The notes under the pieces were generated by a model, which was given only the letters and a program-made list of their open reading frames with translations, had not been told where the DNA came from and made no database searches. This document shows positions 37,549-50,600 of a stretch of 64,000 nt of DNA, one piece after another. The DNA is from Microbotryum violaceum. Taxonomy: Eukaryota. Location: assembly GCA_001244265.2 (NCBI GenBank), contig CDLV01000019.1, positions 186,001 to 250,000 of the forward strand. Direction: 5' to 3'. The position numbers were made by a program, and so were the translations under genes. How positions within the stretch are numbered: position 1 is the first letter of the stretch; every line of letters starts with the position of its first letter.

Positions 37549-38294
37549 ATGGAACTCGCACTACTGAGCTCGCAACGTGATGAGCTCAGCCTGCGCATGT
37601 CGACGTTTTCATCCGTACTGGTCGCCAATGAATGCGACATGACTACCCCTCTCGTCGACCGCCAAGGCTTTCCACGCGCCGATATCGACGTCGCTGGTGT
37701 GCGGACCGCCCGAGCCAACATCATCATGCTCCGCAATGATCTGAGCCATCTACAATCCCAAATCGAACAGCTCGTGCTCCGAGAGCTGCCTCGGCTTCAC
37801 AATTCGCAATCCGCGAGCGCCGGCGCCATCGATATCGTTCCTGCCACGCCCAGTCGCTCGCAAGCTTTCGCCCGAATCGACCGAGTCTTCCCCGGAGGGC
37901 CAGCGCAGGCGGCCGTAAGTGAGACGAGACGGCCTAGAAGTTGATGTACCCAAGTAGCGGTCGGTCCTGACTCGAAGTTCGCTTGATCCGTCACCATACA
38001 GGGAATCAAGACGGATGACCTTCTGCTCCGCATTGGCGACATCGATGCGACCAATCACAACAGCCTTCAGGACGTTGCCACGCTGGTTTCGGCCTCAGAA
38101 GACGTCGCCTTGGACGTTCGGATTAGGAGAGCCAATCGCGACATTTCGCTTAGCCTGGTACCACACAAGGGTTGGGGTGGTAGAGGACTGCTCGGGTACG
38201 TTGTGCGCAGCACGCAACCTGAGGCTGTGCTAGTCCGATGCGATCTGACTCATACGAGGTAGACAGGTGCCGTATCGTGCCTACCATAGGGTGA
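37549..38294 (+). CDS. NAS2: 26S proteasome regulatory-particle assembly chaperone (Nas2/PSMD9/p27, PDZ)
   Basis: TPLVDRQGFPRADIDV...RTAR...LRND. PDZ-like AFARIDRVFPGGPAQAA|GIKTDD. C-terminal WGGRGLLG|CRIVPTIG*. Two introns. Confidence 0.93.
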
Positions 38295-39557
38295 GCACGG
38301 AACGGTCATTCTTGAGGTCTGAGCTAGTACTACAGGGTATGTAAAGCTTCACGCGTATGTTCTTCTTTCTCGGCCCACGATTAAACCTTCCAGAATATGC
38401 CCCCGAGTCCGGACCCACCTACTACCTTCCTCGGGTCCGATCTTGCCTCTGGCCAAGCTTCAATCACTTTCCGTGGTCCGTTGAGCCTTAGAGTCCTGGA
38501 GCCCTTCATTGGGAACCGGTTAAAGAGCATAACGCTACGACTAGCAGCGAGGAGGCCACGTCGCATCTTGACGGTGACGGCGGATCCTTGTAAGCGCCGC
38601 TCGGAAGGGTTCGCGGTTTCAAGCATCCTACTTGATCTAATATGAGGCTTCGCCCGGAGATTCACTTCTCTACTCTCCGCATGAACTTCTTTTATCTGCA
38701 CCTTCTCGGACTGTGCAAGGCTCGGGCGATGACTGACGAACCTGATCCTGGTGCGGCCCCCCGACTGAGTTCTCTAGATCGCATGCATTTTTCCGACGAA
38801 AGAGCTGTTGTAATGATTATGATGCGGTTTGCGGCGACTTGACCCGACCTCGCCCAGTAGACTTATCTGGCGTGTCTCGGCTCGATATCCTTTAATGTTG
38901 GCAGCTAGCTCCTGTGTTTAGGCGAAGCGTGAGGTCGGTATTTGCTGGCGCTGGTTGCTCGGGTATAAACGAAAGAATCCAACGCTTTGGTGACCACCAA
39001 AGTATGCTTCTTGCGCCCAATCGGCGATCAAGGGATAGGAAATCAAGCGTGGTTCATGGGACAATTCAGCAGCCGTCTCGCCGCGCTGTATGGACGGACA
39101 GGGCTCGGTCAGCCACTACGCGTGGAAATGCAAGGCAAAAAAAGGCTGGATGTCATATACCACAATTCCAGGGACGTGCTTGAGCCGATCAACCCACCCA
39201 AAGCCTGCTGAATCTGCCTTGGAGATGAGAAGGGTGGGTTCCACCCGACACACACTTTTATACTGCTCATCATGGACAAACCTTGTCTCCTCATGTGAGA
39301 AAGCCAGAAGCTACTGGCATACTTGTCACCAATTAATTGCTTCGAAGGTTGAACCGCTGGCAGATTGGTCCGTTCTAGGAAAACTTTCGCCAAGATGACA
39401 GCTGGCATTGCCCCTAGTAGGCCATGCTCCGCCTACGCGTTCCAAACGCGGTAGCTACTATCTCTGGGTAGGGATGTCCACTCATGTGACCTGGTAGCAG
39501 GAGGTAGGTACCCGCCTAGTAGATTAGATAGGTAGTACCTCAGAATCAACTTAATGC

Positions 39558-39612
39558 TGGCTCCCGTGGCTCCCATGGCTCCCGTGGCTCCCATGGCTCC
39601 CGTGGCTCCCGT
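39558..39612. repeat. 9/18-bp tandem repeat GGCTCCC(G/A)T
   Basis: Six GGCTCCCRT units seen directly, about 215 bp upstream of the next gene. Confidence 0.85.
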
Positions 39613-39826
39613 CGGTGACCGCTTTTGATCGTGAGGCTTGGAATGCACGCGTCAGACCTTTGACGTCATGAGTCGCGATGCCGGATCTTGCGCGATCGCA
39701 GTCCTCGCCTTTCTCGCCCTCCTGCTACCTCTCCCTTTGATCACCTGTTTGCCTCCCACACTACCAAAGATCAGGCACATTCCACTGGCTGTTATCTGTT
39801 CACTCACTTACCCACGTGCGATCATC

Positions 39827-42643
39827 ATGTCGCTCTCCAACACCTCGTTGTCGAATCTGCCGCTTTTGAACGAGTCCAACATCGAGCAGGCCGAAATGAC
39901 GTTGGCTTCGCTGACGCGTGCGGCGGCGGCGCTCAAGGAGGGCAAACTCCCGACCTCGCAGCAGTTTGCTACCCTCGTTCAAAAAGTGCTCAAGTCGAAT
40001 CTGCTGCAACCCGAACTCGGCGCCCGCTTGACTGGCAAAGTTGGAGGCGGCAAGCTCTCCGTTCGGGGCCGAGAGCTCGTCGAGAGCGAACGCGCTGTGC
40101 TCGAAGGACTCGTCCGAATCGTACTCGAGAAAAACTCTGAGGACAAGGTCAGTCACTCTCTATCTCTTGGTGGGATCGCCGTTTTCTCAAGGATACTAAT
40201 GTCACTGTAAATATCTGGTGGTACTCGACTGATCCGATCCGATCCTACTGGCCTTCTATCCTTCCGTCCCTCGAACGTCAACACGATGTGATGTATCAAA
40301 AGATTCAACGTTTTTTGTGGTTGGCCTCGCAGGCTGACTTCGAAGTCGATGCTGATGCCGGTGAGTACCGCAGCGACAAGTCAGAATCTTCGCAAAAACT
40401 CTGTGTCGGGCTCCGTTGCCGTGCCGGTAGATGTTATTTGCTCATGCCCACCTCTCACAGACCTCCCTGACCTCCCCGTTCCTTCCGACCGAGAGATTGG
40501 TGAAGCCACTCGCGCGTTAAAGGAACTATTCACCCTTCTTCTCACCTCGTCCCAACTACGCCGCATCGTTGGTGATATCATCAATCTTTTCAGGGATATG
40601 TTTGCCGATGCCGCGGAACAGGCTGCAGAAGCCTCCATCCGTGCTACCAAGACCTCTAAGCAAGTTGCCAAGACGGTGCGCCCCGGCGAGGAAGAGAAGG
40701 CGGAGGGCAAGGTCAACCTCAACCTCAACGGGGACGTTTCAAGCAAGCAATTGAAAAAGAAGGTCTTGCGCGGGGCTGAAGACGCCAAGGATGATGCGCT
40801 CGCCTCGATCTCAAAAAGTGGACGTCAGCTCAAATCTTACGTGGACGAAAAGCTTCCTACGGATGTCAAGGATGTTTTTATCGAGCGCTTCAAGGGGGTA
40901 AGCGCCCGCGCTCTCGGATCGCCGCCGGTCGGCGCGTGCAAGAATCGCCGCACTTACGTTCATCCTGTTTCGTACCTCACTAGGTCGTAAACGAAGTTCA
41001 GTCCAACCCTGACTACGAAGATTCCCTCAACACGATCGTTGGTCTCGTTCGCAAGTACGCCGCGCGCAGCAAAGTTGCGCTCAAACAAGCCGCTTCATCC
41101 GTCGAAGCCAACGTTGAGACGAACGACAAAGCCGATTCGGCAGCTTCCCTCTTCCGCGAAATCGTCGAGTCCTTTACTGGCGACTTGTCCCCAGTCTTTC
41201 AGGCCGCCGATAAGGTCGCCCGTGATCTCGAAAATGACTCCCGCATCGAGTCTCTGCTTGAGGATGCCGAATCGTTGCTTGACCGCGCCATCAACGATCC
41301 AGGTTACATCACCTCCTCGCGTGCACAGCGCCGAGCGGAGTCGCTTTATGATCAAGCACAAGAGCTCGTCAACTTGAACGCTGCATGGAAGAAGGATGCG
41401 GATAATTTTGTCGCTGAGTCGAACAAGTGTCTGCAACGCGCAGCCAATGACAAGGCACTGGTCCAGCTCGGTGATCGTTTCGAGCGTCTTGGCAAGGCCT
41501 TCACCAAGTTTACCCAGACCGGTTTCACGCTCACCGACGCTGGGTCGATGTGGTCCGACCTCACTCAGGTCTTCTTGCCGCGCATCCTAGGCGCCCTCGA
41601 GGAGATCCCTTTGCCTCGCGTTGAGTTCACGTCGGAGGAAGTTGATCTGGTCATCGACAATGTTCGCTTCACTTCGACTTCGTTCGTACCCGACGCTACT
41701 CATTTCAGGAACCACAACGAAATCACCGTCAAGAAAGGGTGTAAGTCTGTATCACTTTGATTTGTGGTGACACCTAATCCACGCGGTCTCTGATATTTCT
41801 CGTGACTGATTTTTACCAGCAGATGCGGCATACGCCTCCGAGTTCTCGACATCGACGACACTTTCCATCTCGGGGTTGCGTCTTCAAGCTAAGGACATCT
41901 CGTATTATCTCCACAAGAAGACGGGTTGGCTCACTATCGAAGACTACGGCATGCTGGATATCAAAATCGGTACCGAAAGAGAAGATAACGGACTCGATGT
42001 GACACTCACCGTGAAAAACGCAGAAGAGAGCGATCGCGAGTCATTCTTCAAGCTGACCCGAGTAGAGGTTGCCGTCACTGGGTTCTCTATCTCTATCCAC
42101 GATTCACAACATCCGATCCGAAACTTCTTCGCACGCCCGGCACTTCGAGGCTATATCGAGAAACAGTTTGTCAGCACTCTCGAGGAACAGATAGCGGCGA
42201 TGTTCCAGCAAGCGGACCGAGTGATATATGACCTCAATCGCAAGGCGGCCGGTGCTCGCGTCGCTTCGCCTGATCCGTTGACGTTCCTTCGAGCAGTCTT
42301 TACGTCCACGGGACCGAGTTCGATATCCAGCGTGACCTCCACCGGCATCACCAAGGTTGGGCCCAAGGGGGAATACATCCTCGCCATCGGTGTAGAAGAG
42401 GAACTCTTGCCGGGAAAGCGCACTGGTCTCGGTCGCAGGGGCCGTGACGTCGTCGCGAAGAAGCGTGGCGCCGAAAGCCTCATGGAAGAGGGTACCAGTC
42501 AATACGAGCAAGTGCGCGATACAGTCGAAGAGGTTGGCGAGGCGATCGGCGAGGAAGCCGAGCGCATCCAGAAGGAAGCCCGTGACCAAGCCCGCAAGGA
42601 GCGTCGTGATTCCGGCTGGAAGTCGCAAGCATTCGACGTTTAA
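39827..42643 (+). CDS. Conserved fungal DUF4449-type protein (similar to S. pombe C32A11.02c; possible BPI/TULIP-like C-terminus), multi-exon
   Basis: AALKEGKLPTSQQ, KNSEDK|IQRFLW, LLLTSSQLRRIVGD, IPLPRVEFTSEEVDLVIDNV, C-terminal WKSQAFDV*. GT-AG introns connect the ORFs. Confidence 0.75.
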
Positions 42644-43971
42644 ATAGGAAGGCATTGTCCGGGTATCGTCACATCAGCCCCTTCTTCTTTTCGTGAGCTC
42701 GGGTCGGTGTACATGCATTCACCGCTTGTCCCCCTGTACCCGCTTGTGAGAGTCTCTCAACGTGCTAGTAGTACTCGACTTCGTTTTGTAAAATACACGC
42801 CAGTTGCTGAAATGTGATACCGAATGACTCTGTGAACGCTTTATCGTTGGCGTTCACAAACAGGGAAAAGCAGGGCCAACAGGCGGTGATCTGGTGGGAG
42901 GGCAAGATAGCCTATCTCGGACTCGGTTTTGACGATATATGAAGCACGGCATTTGTCAGTGCACTTGCCACGCTTGGTAAGCTTCCTTCACGCAGGTAAG
43001 ACCTTGCGAACATTTTCCGCGATATTCACACTTTCCAGGTAGGAACAAGGCGTCGTCGCTATTGCATGACGTTACTTGGAGTGAAGCGAGCCTTGCGAAA
43101 GTTGCTCCAGGCCCGCCGACGCCGCCGTACCCATCCATCCATCCATCCGTCATTCATACCCCATACGCTACACTCTCACGCTCTCTACCCTTTGATGTTT
43201 TCTGTATAGTTATTCCACCTGATCTGGCTCGCTTGCGACCTATTCGCCTACACCACCCGCTTTCAACCGGCATCGACCCGCAGCCGCGAACCGTCACTCA
43301 ACTCGGAAGGAGCTCGACCCTCAACCCATCTCCACACTGGACTAGCGGCCAACAAACAACGCCATTATCAAACTCAACAACACAGCACCACAAGAAGCAC
43401 TATATCGACCAAATCACGACACTATAGGACCGACAGAGGAGGAAGGGAAGGAAGAAGAGGAGGAGGGGAGAGCTGTGAACTACTGGAATCCTTTGTACGG
43501 CCATTAGCCAAGCCCATCTGGATCTCCGGTAGTCACCACATGCCATGCAAGGGGAAATGTTTTTATCGATCGTCATCTGCGACAGGTCCTATGGACCTAA
43601 GCGTTGTATGTGCGAGAACCATCGTCCCAAAACCAACCGACCTCCTCATAAGCTTAAGGCCAATGCAGCCCAGACGACGCTCGAATAAAACACACAAATA
43701 CCTATACAAAAACCACTTTAAAAATGGCACATCTATTTGAACCCCAAAGGAAAAAAAACATAGCCTGGTTTCTGAATACAACAGGATCACCCAAACAAGC
43801 TGCAAGCACCCAGCAATTCCGCCAAGCCTAATCGGAACGCCGCGCAAGCACATCAGCAAAATGGCCAAACGCGCGTAAGCGCGCGAAACCTCGTAAAGCA
43901 GTCGTTAAGCGGCCTAAAGCTGCTCTTAAGCGCCCTTAACCACTCGTTAAGCCGCGCGCGCGTTAAGTGTC

Positions 43972-46005
43972 TCATGGATCCTGGGCTCCCGGGTTCAGAG
44001 CCGGTGTCCGGTCTGCTCGCAGTGATGGACTTCGAGAAGGCTTACGACCGTCTTTCCCACACCTACATCGATGCAGTCCTCAGCGCCGTTGGCCTTGGCC
44101 CGAAAGCCTGCCAATGGTACCGAGCGACCTATACAAACCAATCCGCCTCAATCTACCTCAACGGATGGCTCTCGGCCGCGTTCGATATCCTCTCGGGAGT
44201 TCGACAAGGCGACCCGCTGGCTCCGTCGCTCTTCGTTCTCGCAATTGAGGGCTTCGCCGTACAGTTGCGGTCACAAGTCAAGGGCATCGCGAGCCCGGGA
44301 CTCCCAACCATACGAGAACTTCTCTTTGCCGACGATGCCTGCTGTGCTCTCCACGACACCTCGGACCTCGACCACCTCAATCGGGCGATCGAGCTGTACG
44401 AGCGGGCAAGTGCCAGCAAGCTCAGCAACGCCAAATCTTTCCTCTACCCCCTCGGGTCATTCAGGGACCGTCCGATCCCTTCACACCTCGGGTCCTGGCG
44501 TCTCAGCGACTCGCAGTTTCGTTACCTGGGAGTGCAGGTTGGGGTGGACATCGCCGAGGATGCGGGCTGGGAGGAGGTCAAGTCCGCGACCGTCGCCCGG
44601 ATACGATCCATCCCAATGTACGACCTTCCGTACGCAGCGAAATGTTCGATAATCAATATCTACTGCTACACGAAGATTCTCTACCATAATCGTTTCATCC
44701 CAGCTTCCAAGAGCGTCGTCAAGGAGATCGAGGACGCGGTCATGATCGCTATCCACGGTCGAGCCTCGGACGGATCTCAGAAACCCCGAAGGTCTCTCGG
44801 CTGCGCCTCTGCACCCCTCTCGACCACGGCGGCTTTGGCTTGATTGACTTACCTCGGCGCCTCGCGGTCGATCACGCCAAGTGGGTCTTTCATCTTCGGG
44901 ACCCGGACGGCTGCTTCATTCGGCACCTCTTCGACATCCGCACTCGCCTTCAGGCGGCGAACGAACGCACCCCCTTTACCTTGCCCAAATCAGGCCCCAA
45001 CCCACATCGTCGCTCGTGGGTCTGGATCTGGTGGGCCTACTTTTGCCACCCTCCTCCACAGTGGGAACGCGCAGTGAGGAAGACGAAGGCCCTGCTCCCT
45101 CCACGATGGATCCGCTATTTCGAAGCCTGGGATTTGGTGACAACGCTGAACCCCCCGAACTTTCCAAGAGCCCGAATCTGGAGCGGTGGGCAACACACGT
45201 CCTCTACTTCCCAGCAGGCCACGGAATCCGACTCTCGGTGAACCCGACGCTTTTCCGAGGACCCGATGGCGAGGTGATGACTCCGTCTTCGTTTGTGAAC
45301 GCGTCCAAACGCCACCAAGCCTTCCTCTACCCTCCTATCCTCCCTCTCGGTCATCAGAGGGTTTTCTGTCTCCCCGAGCAACGCTGGAATGCCTGGTGGA
45401 AGGCGCTACGCAAGATTCGCAGGGTTCATTCGGACGCCGAAGACACGGCCCACCTCCTCTCCCTAGGTTCACTTCATCCAGGTAGCCAAATCGCTTCTCC
45501 AAATAGCCGTTCTCTCCACAATCGATCTACCGCATGTGTCATGTGCCTGTCGGAGGCTCCGGAGACCCTGGCACACCTTGCGGTCGGTTGCCCGTTTGCC
45601 CGCCGCCTCTGGTCTGCGCTCACTCCTATCCCACACCCCGACTTTGTTCAGTTCGTGTGCCCGGTCGTTTCTCGCTCGGAACGCCGACCCGTCGAGCTGC
45701 GTCTACTCTTCTTCCACGCGATCTGGAAGCTCTCTCGTCGCCGTCGATTTTCGTCGGATCCTCTGGAGCCGATCGCCGAAACGGCATTTGAGGAGCTCCG
45801 CGCGTCCATCCAGGAGTCCAAGGGACGACTGGTTTCGCTGTAACCGCCTAAGGGGGTTTTAGTGGGTATGGTTGATTTTGTTCCAAGGTCAACGAGTCCC
45901 ACACTACTGGCCTCGCCAGTGTGCTTAACTGCATTCCCTCCGTCTTTTCCGAGGATTTTTAGGCATTAATATAGATATGCTGTTAATGAAATCTATTAGA
46001 TAAAA
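43972..46005 (+). mobile_element. 5'-truncated L1/Tx1-like LINE with 7-bp TSD
   Basis: RT motifs DFEKAYD, QGDPLAP, LFADD; zinc finger CVMC..HLAVGC; A-tail. TSD AAGTGTC at 43965-43971 and 46006-46012. Confidence 0.92.
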
Positions 46006-46018
46006 AAGTGTCGCTTAA

Positions 46019-47280
46019 GGGCGTGTTCGGCTGGAAAAGCACTTTTAGGACCTTTTCACTTTTAGCTGAAAGCGGCGCGCGCCGCGGTTAAGGACCACTT
46101 TTAGCAGCCGAACACCTCACGTTTAGGAACCACTTCTAAAGCGCGAACGGCCGGGAGCGATCTGACGGGTGAGAGAGCTCACTAGACGAGTTCAGGTCAC
46201 GTGTTTGAACCCGGCATATCGTGGAAATTCGAATCGCGTGTCTTGCTCTGCAATGCGCATCGCTGCATGAAGACATCTCGAAGTCATGGATACACTCCCC
46301 GAGGATCTAGCCAACGAGCAGATAGAATCCTGCCGTCGCAGTGGGAATATACATACGGCAGAAGTATATTGAAAAGCGTCTGCAGCAACGCCGTCTCCTG
46401 GACGAAACGGCCAAACGAAGACGAAATCTGCCCTTGCCTTAGCATATTTCGGTCCGAACCGGCCTCATCTTCGTTATGGAGCTTTTCAACAACAAGAATC
46501 CTGTTCCTAAGAGTAATGCTCTTGGCATGACACCGGCCTGCTTTTCCATCTTCGTGAAAAAAGTGCTTCTTCACACCGAGATCATCCCCTCGAAGCACGT
46601 GACCGTCGAGGAGAAACTCGCTATGCTGCTGTACTGGCTGCGGGGCGCCGAGTCTTACCGCAAAATCGACGAGGTGTTTCAAAGTTCATTGGATACCGTC
46701 GCTCGGTTAGTAGTTCCTACTCTCATGTCCTACTTCATGACAGAACAGGTCCGCAGCTTTCCTCCTGACTCCAAGCTTGAGCGCTAGTACTCATGCACCT
46801 TCCTATTTGCGTCGCAGTCATTTGCCAGAAACACTTGGATTACTTGTGCACAGCGACCTCAGAAAGCGGTACGTTGTTCAGCCCACGGCAGACACGCCAA
46901 CATCGAGCATTATCACCGACAAACCCCGGTTTGCACGATACTTCGGCAATTGCATCGGCGCCATCGACGGAACGCACGCCCCCTGTACTCAGCGGCCAAC
47001 GATGCCAAACGATCGATCGATCGAAACGGAGACAAGACACAAGACATACTCGCGGCTATGACTTTCGATCTTCGCTTCTGCTATCTTCAGACCGGCTGCG
47101 AAGGTTCTGCTCACGATCAGCAAGCGTGGGATTGGGCCCGCGAACGGGACCTCCTCATCCCCGAAGGCAAATACTAGAGTAGTATCTTGGTGATGCAGGC
47201 TTTGCAACCAGCGAGGAGTGCATGACACCGCACACAAACGTTCGGTACCACCTCAAAGAATGGCTACTGGGTAAAAAAAA
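46019..47280 (+). mobile_element. PIF/Harbinger transposon remnant (transposase pseudogene)
   Basis: TAA|GGGCGTGTTCGG terminus. Motifs GMTPACF, VTVEEKLAMLLY, FGNCIGAIDGTH, GCEGSAHD, GDAGF, VRYHLKEW. Truncated at about 47280. Confidence 0.85.
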
Positions 47281-47649
47281 TGCAAGTCGCTGTTGTAGGA
47301 CATGGGTTTTGTACCTTGTACATTCGCGATGCCAATGGTCCGACCATGGACAAAGGTACGGGAGCGTGCTCCATGAACCGGAGAGCTTTCACTTGGCCTC
47401 GGCTACAGCTCCCTTTGCGCGCGGAGTGTTGCTTCACCATCGCAGCAACAATAATGTTCCAGGCTGAAAGCTTTCAGAGGAAGCTCGGGCGACAGCATGT
47501 TGTTGCCATAGAGATGGACCAAAACGGTGGTCTGCGCAACGGACCAGTTCTCCGCTCGCGCCCCGGCCCCTCGACTTGCTTTTGCTCTTGCCCTTGCCTG
47601 TGTTGCTTTTGTTCTTTTTTGCGCAAAGTGTTCGAATAAGCGGAGTGCT

Positions 47650-50600
47650 CAGAGTCGTTCTTGCTCTCGTCGTCGCTTGCTGAATGTGATAAGGCGGATT
47701 TCTTGGCCATCGTGGACAGCGCACGACGTGACGCGACGAAGGCCAACCGAGAAAGCAGGAACGTCGGTGACCAAAGACTGGACGCACCAATCCATGGCGC
47801 ACAAAACAAAAGCGATCCTGGATCGCGCAGCCAGTTCGGTCGCACCAGGGGATATAGAAACGATTAGGGGAGGAACGCCAACCGGCTTAGATCATAAGCC
47901 GATAGTAGTTCGCATCGCCTTCTAAGAATGTAAACCACCGGCTGCTCAGGTGAACAATGCGGGCCCTAAGCGCGTCCGACTGGCGAGGAAAGGAGAGGCG
48001 ACTAACCCCCTCTTCAGAGCCACAATCTCCAGCAGCCTTCGGACGAACGACATCCTTCAACTATTCATACCTCCAAATGGAAAGGAAATTACGTGTAGTA
48101 CGAATTCATAGAGCTGATCAACACTACTGCCAGAAAGGTTTTCGGAACAAGAGGGCCGGTAAAACAGAAGGAATGGATGGGGTCGGCACAGTACCGCCAT
48201 GTCGTGGCGACCGGAAACAGCTCAACCGGTTAATACATGCACTCAAGAACAACTATCTTAAGGGGCTGATGCAAGCGGAAGGAGTACACAAGTGGCTTCC
48301 CCGACTCCTAACTAGGTTGGATAAGATCGCCCTCAGCGAGACCCACATCAACGTTCTAGCCGCAGCTGAAAAGGAGCGCACACGCCTAAATAAGGATGAA
48401 GCGTTTCTAAAATGAAAGGAGCTCCGCGAAGTGGCGAAAAAGAGAGATGGGGCAAAACTGGCAAGTATGCTTCACGGAGGGTCATTAAAGAAGAGGCTTC
48501 TGCCCTGGTCAGAACCGATTGGGCCGTACGCAATTTTAGTAGATGGACCAATGGCGAGCGAACCGGGGGCCGTAAAGGCAGAGACAAAAAGAGTACTTCG
48601 AGAACTTGTTCCAGAAAGACACGGAAGAGATCCCGCTGGAAAGACCGTGGATGCACAGCCGCGCAGCAGAAACATTTCGTGCTGAGGCCCGTGAAATGCC
48701 ATTCACATGGCCACAGATACTACAAACGAATGATCTGCACAAACACCTTCATAAAGGAAACCAAAGTCCGTCACAGGGCCGGATGGGTTGGAAAAGTGGG
48801 TTCTGGCAGAACTAGCGGAGAGTGACTTAGAGATTGTCCGGAAACTGCTCAACCTCGTTTTGACAAACAATTATTTTGATAACTTAAAAGATCACTATAT
48901 CCTACCGATGTATAAGAATCGAGGGCTGTATACAGAATTCAACAATTATCGAGCGGTATGTTTCGGACCTATACTGGCGATCTTAGCGACTTTTTGGTTC
49001 ACCACGCTGGCGCAGGAGTATGCAATGAGGCGCCACCTCATTCCAGAAACCCAGACCGCAGTACAAAGCGGGACCCAACAACGCGATCTCACAAGCTACC
49101 TCTCACAAGTACAGGCATGGGCATACCGCCACGATGAAACCATCTACGCCCTTGTACGAGATCAAAAGAAAGGCTTCGATTTATTACGAGCGTAAGCGGA
49201 TATGATGCTTACAACTTCTTTGGGCCGCCCAAGTCAGTGGAAGATTTCGATCGCGCCCGCCTAGCACAAGGCCGTTTTTTTCGTCAAAACCCTATGGGCC
49301 AACGGAACCATTTACGGCCGACGGACAAATGAAGCAGGGTGACCCGCCAAACCCCCTAAGATTTGCACTCAACATGGCAATGGGGGCATATTATCTAAGC
49401 GAGACAGAGAGGACAATGAAGCCAGAGATGAAAACCCGACCACGCCGCTCATTCTGAAGTCAGGAAACGCCAGAAAAGGTTGCATACATCACGAAGGCGA
49501 CAAAGCAGAGGTTAGCCTCAAAATGGTGTCTGTTATGGACGGCACAATGATTTTTTGCGCGCTCGCCAGAAGAACTTAGCCGAAGGGCGCTACTTATGGA
49601 AACGTTTCAGGAGGCATATGGAGCCCAGACGGACTGGGGCGAAAAGACACAGATATTCATCATAGGGGAAACACCAACCGACCTCGTAGACTAGGCAGCC
49701 ACGGAACAAATGCAGAGGAAAGTCCAAAGGCCGGGTCCTCATGAATCGAAACATCCTACGGACTCAGAGATGTCCGAGTTGCTCAGGGGCTGACATTTTT
49801 ACGACCCTCACCGGACTATGGAAACTCTCACTTTGAAGGTATCAAAATATTATCAGCTGTTCGGGGATTCCATCAATGCCAACACAACGTTTTCCACTGA
49901 CGGCGGTGCTGAGATATCTAGAACAAGCCGTGATGAGTAAGATTCGGGGAAAGCTGAGTCTTAGCCCAGTCAGCGTGGAACACTTGATCGCGAATCAAGT
50001 CCAGCAGTACTTCAACCTACCCCTTACGGCAAGCGCCAAACTCCTATGTATGCCGATAGCAGAATTCGGCATGGAACTTTCAAGCATCTGGAGGCTTAAT
50101 GCAAATATGATCGTAACAGGAGTACTAATCACGCTCAGCGACCTGCACTGTGGGCCGAACAAATGCTAAAATCGATGTCACTGGCGACGGGGCCAAGAGA
50201 CCATGCGAGAAAGAAAACAAAGGGGAGAAGCCTGTTTAAACTTTGGGGGGCAGAAATTTATAAAAAGGAATACTTGACAAGGACAATTGCGCCAAACTGG
50301 GCAAACGCCTCTGCGATTCTGGACGCCTGTCACCCACTAGAAATAGCGAACACCGACGACATCAGTCTGCGGTCCGGGGACGTCAGCTTGGCACATTTAC
50401 TAGTCAAGTATACCAGAGGCCATCGAAGTCGGGCCGTCAACTCCGCAGTACAAGCACTCAAAACCGCAAACACACGAACTCTCTCAGACCTGGGCCGCAG
50501 GATGAACCTGATCGACGGAGAGAGCCGTCAAATCCGAACACAACTTGAGCTGATCGCACGGACAGCAAGGAAAGAGCTCCTATCCTTGGAGACTTCCGGC

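Noticed and set aside
38381-39410. Possible gene between NAS2 and the DUF4449-type gene (minus-strand GAAPGSGSSVIARAL resembles a P-loop)
   Set aside because: Lacks the Walker A lysine, is flanked by stops and gives no coherent exon chain; at most a decayed remnant.
39558-39612. Collagen-like GAMGAT peptide on the minus strand
   Set aside because: Product of a short non-coding 9-bp tandem repeat; no supporting gene structure.
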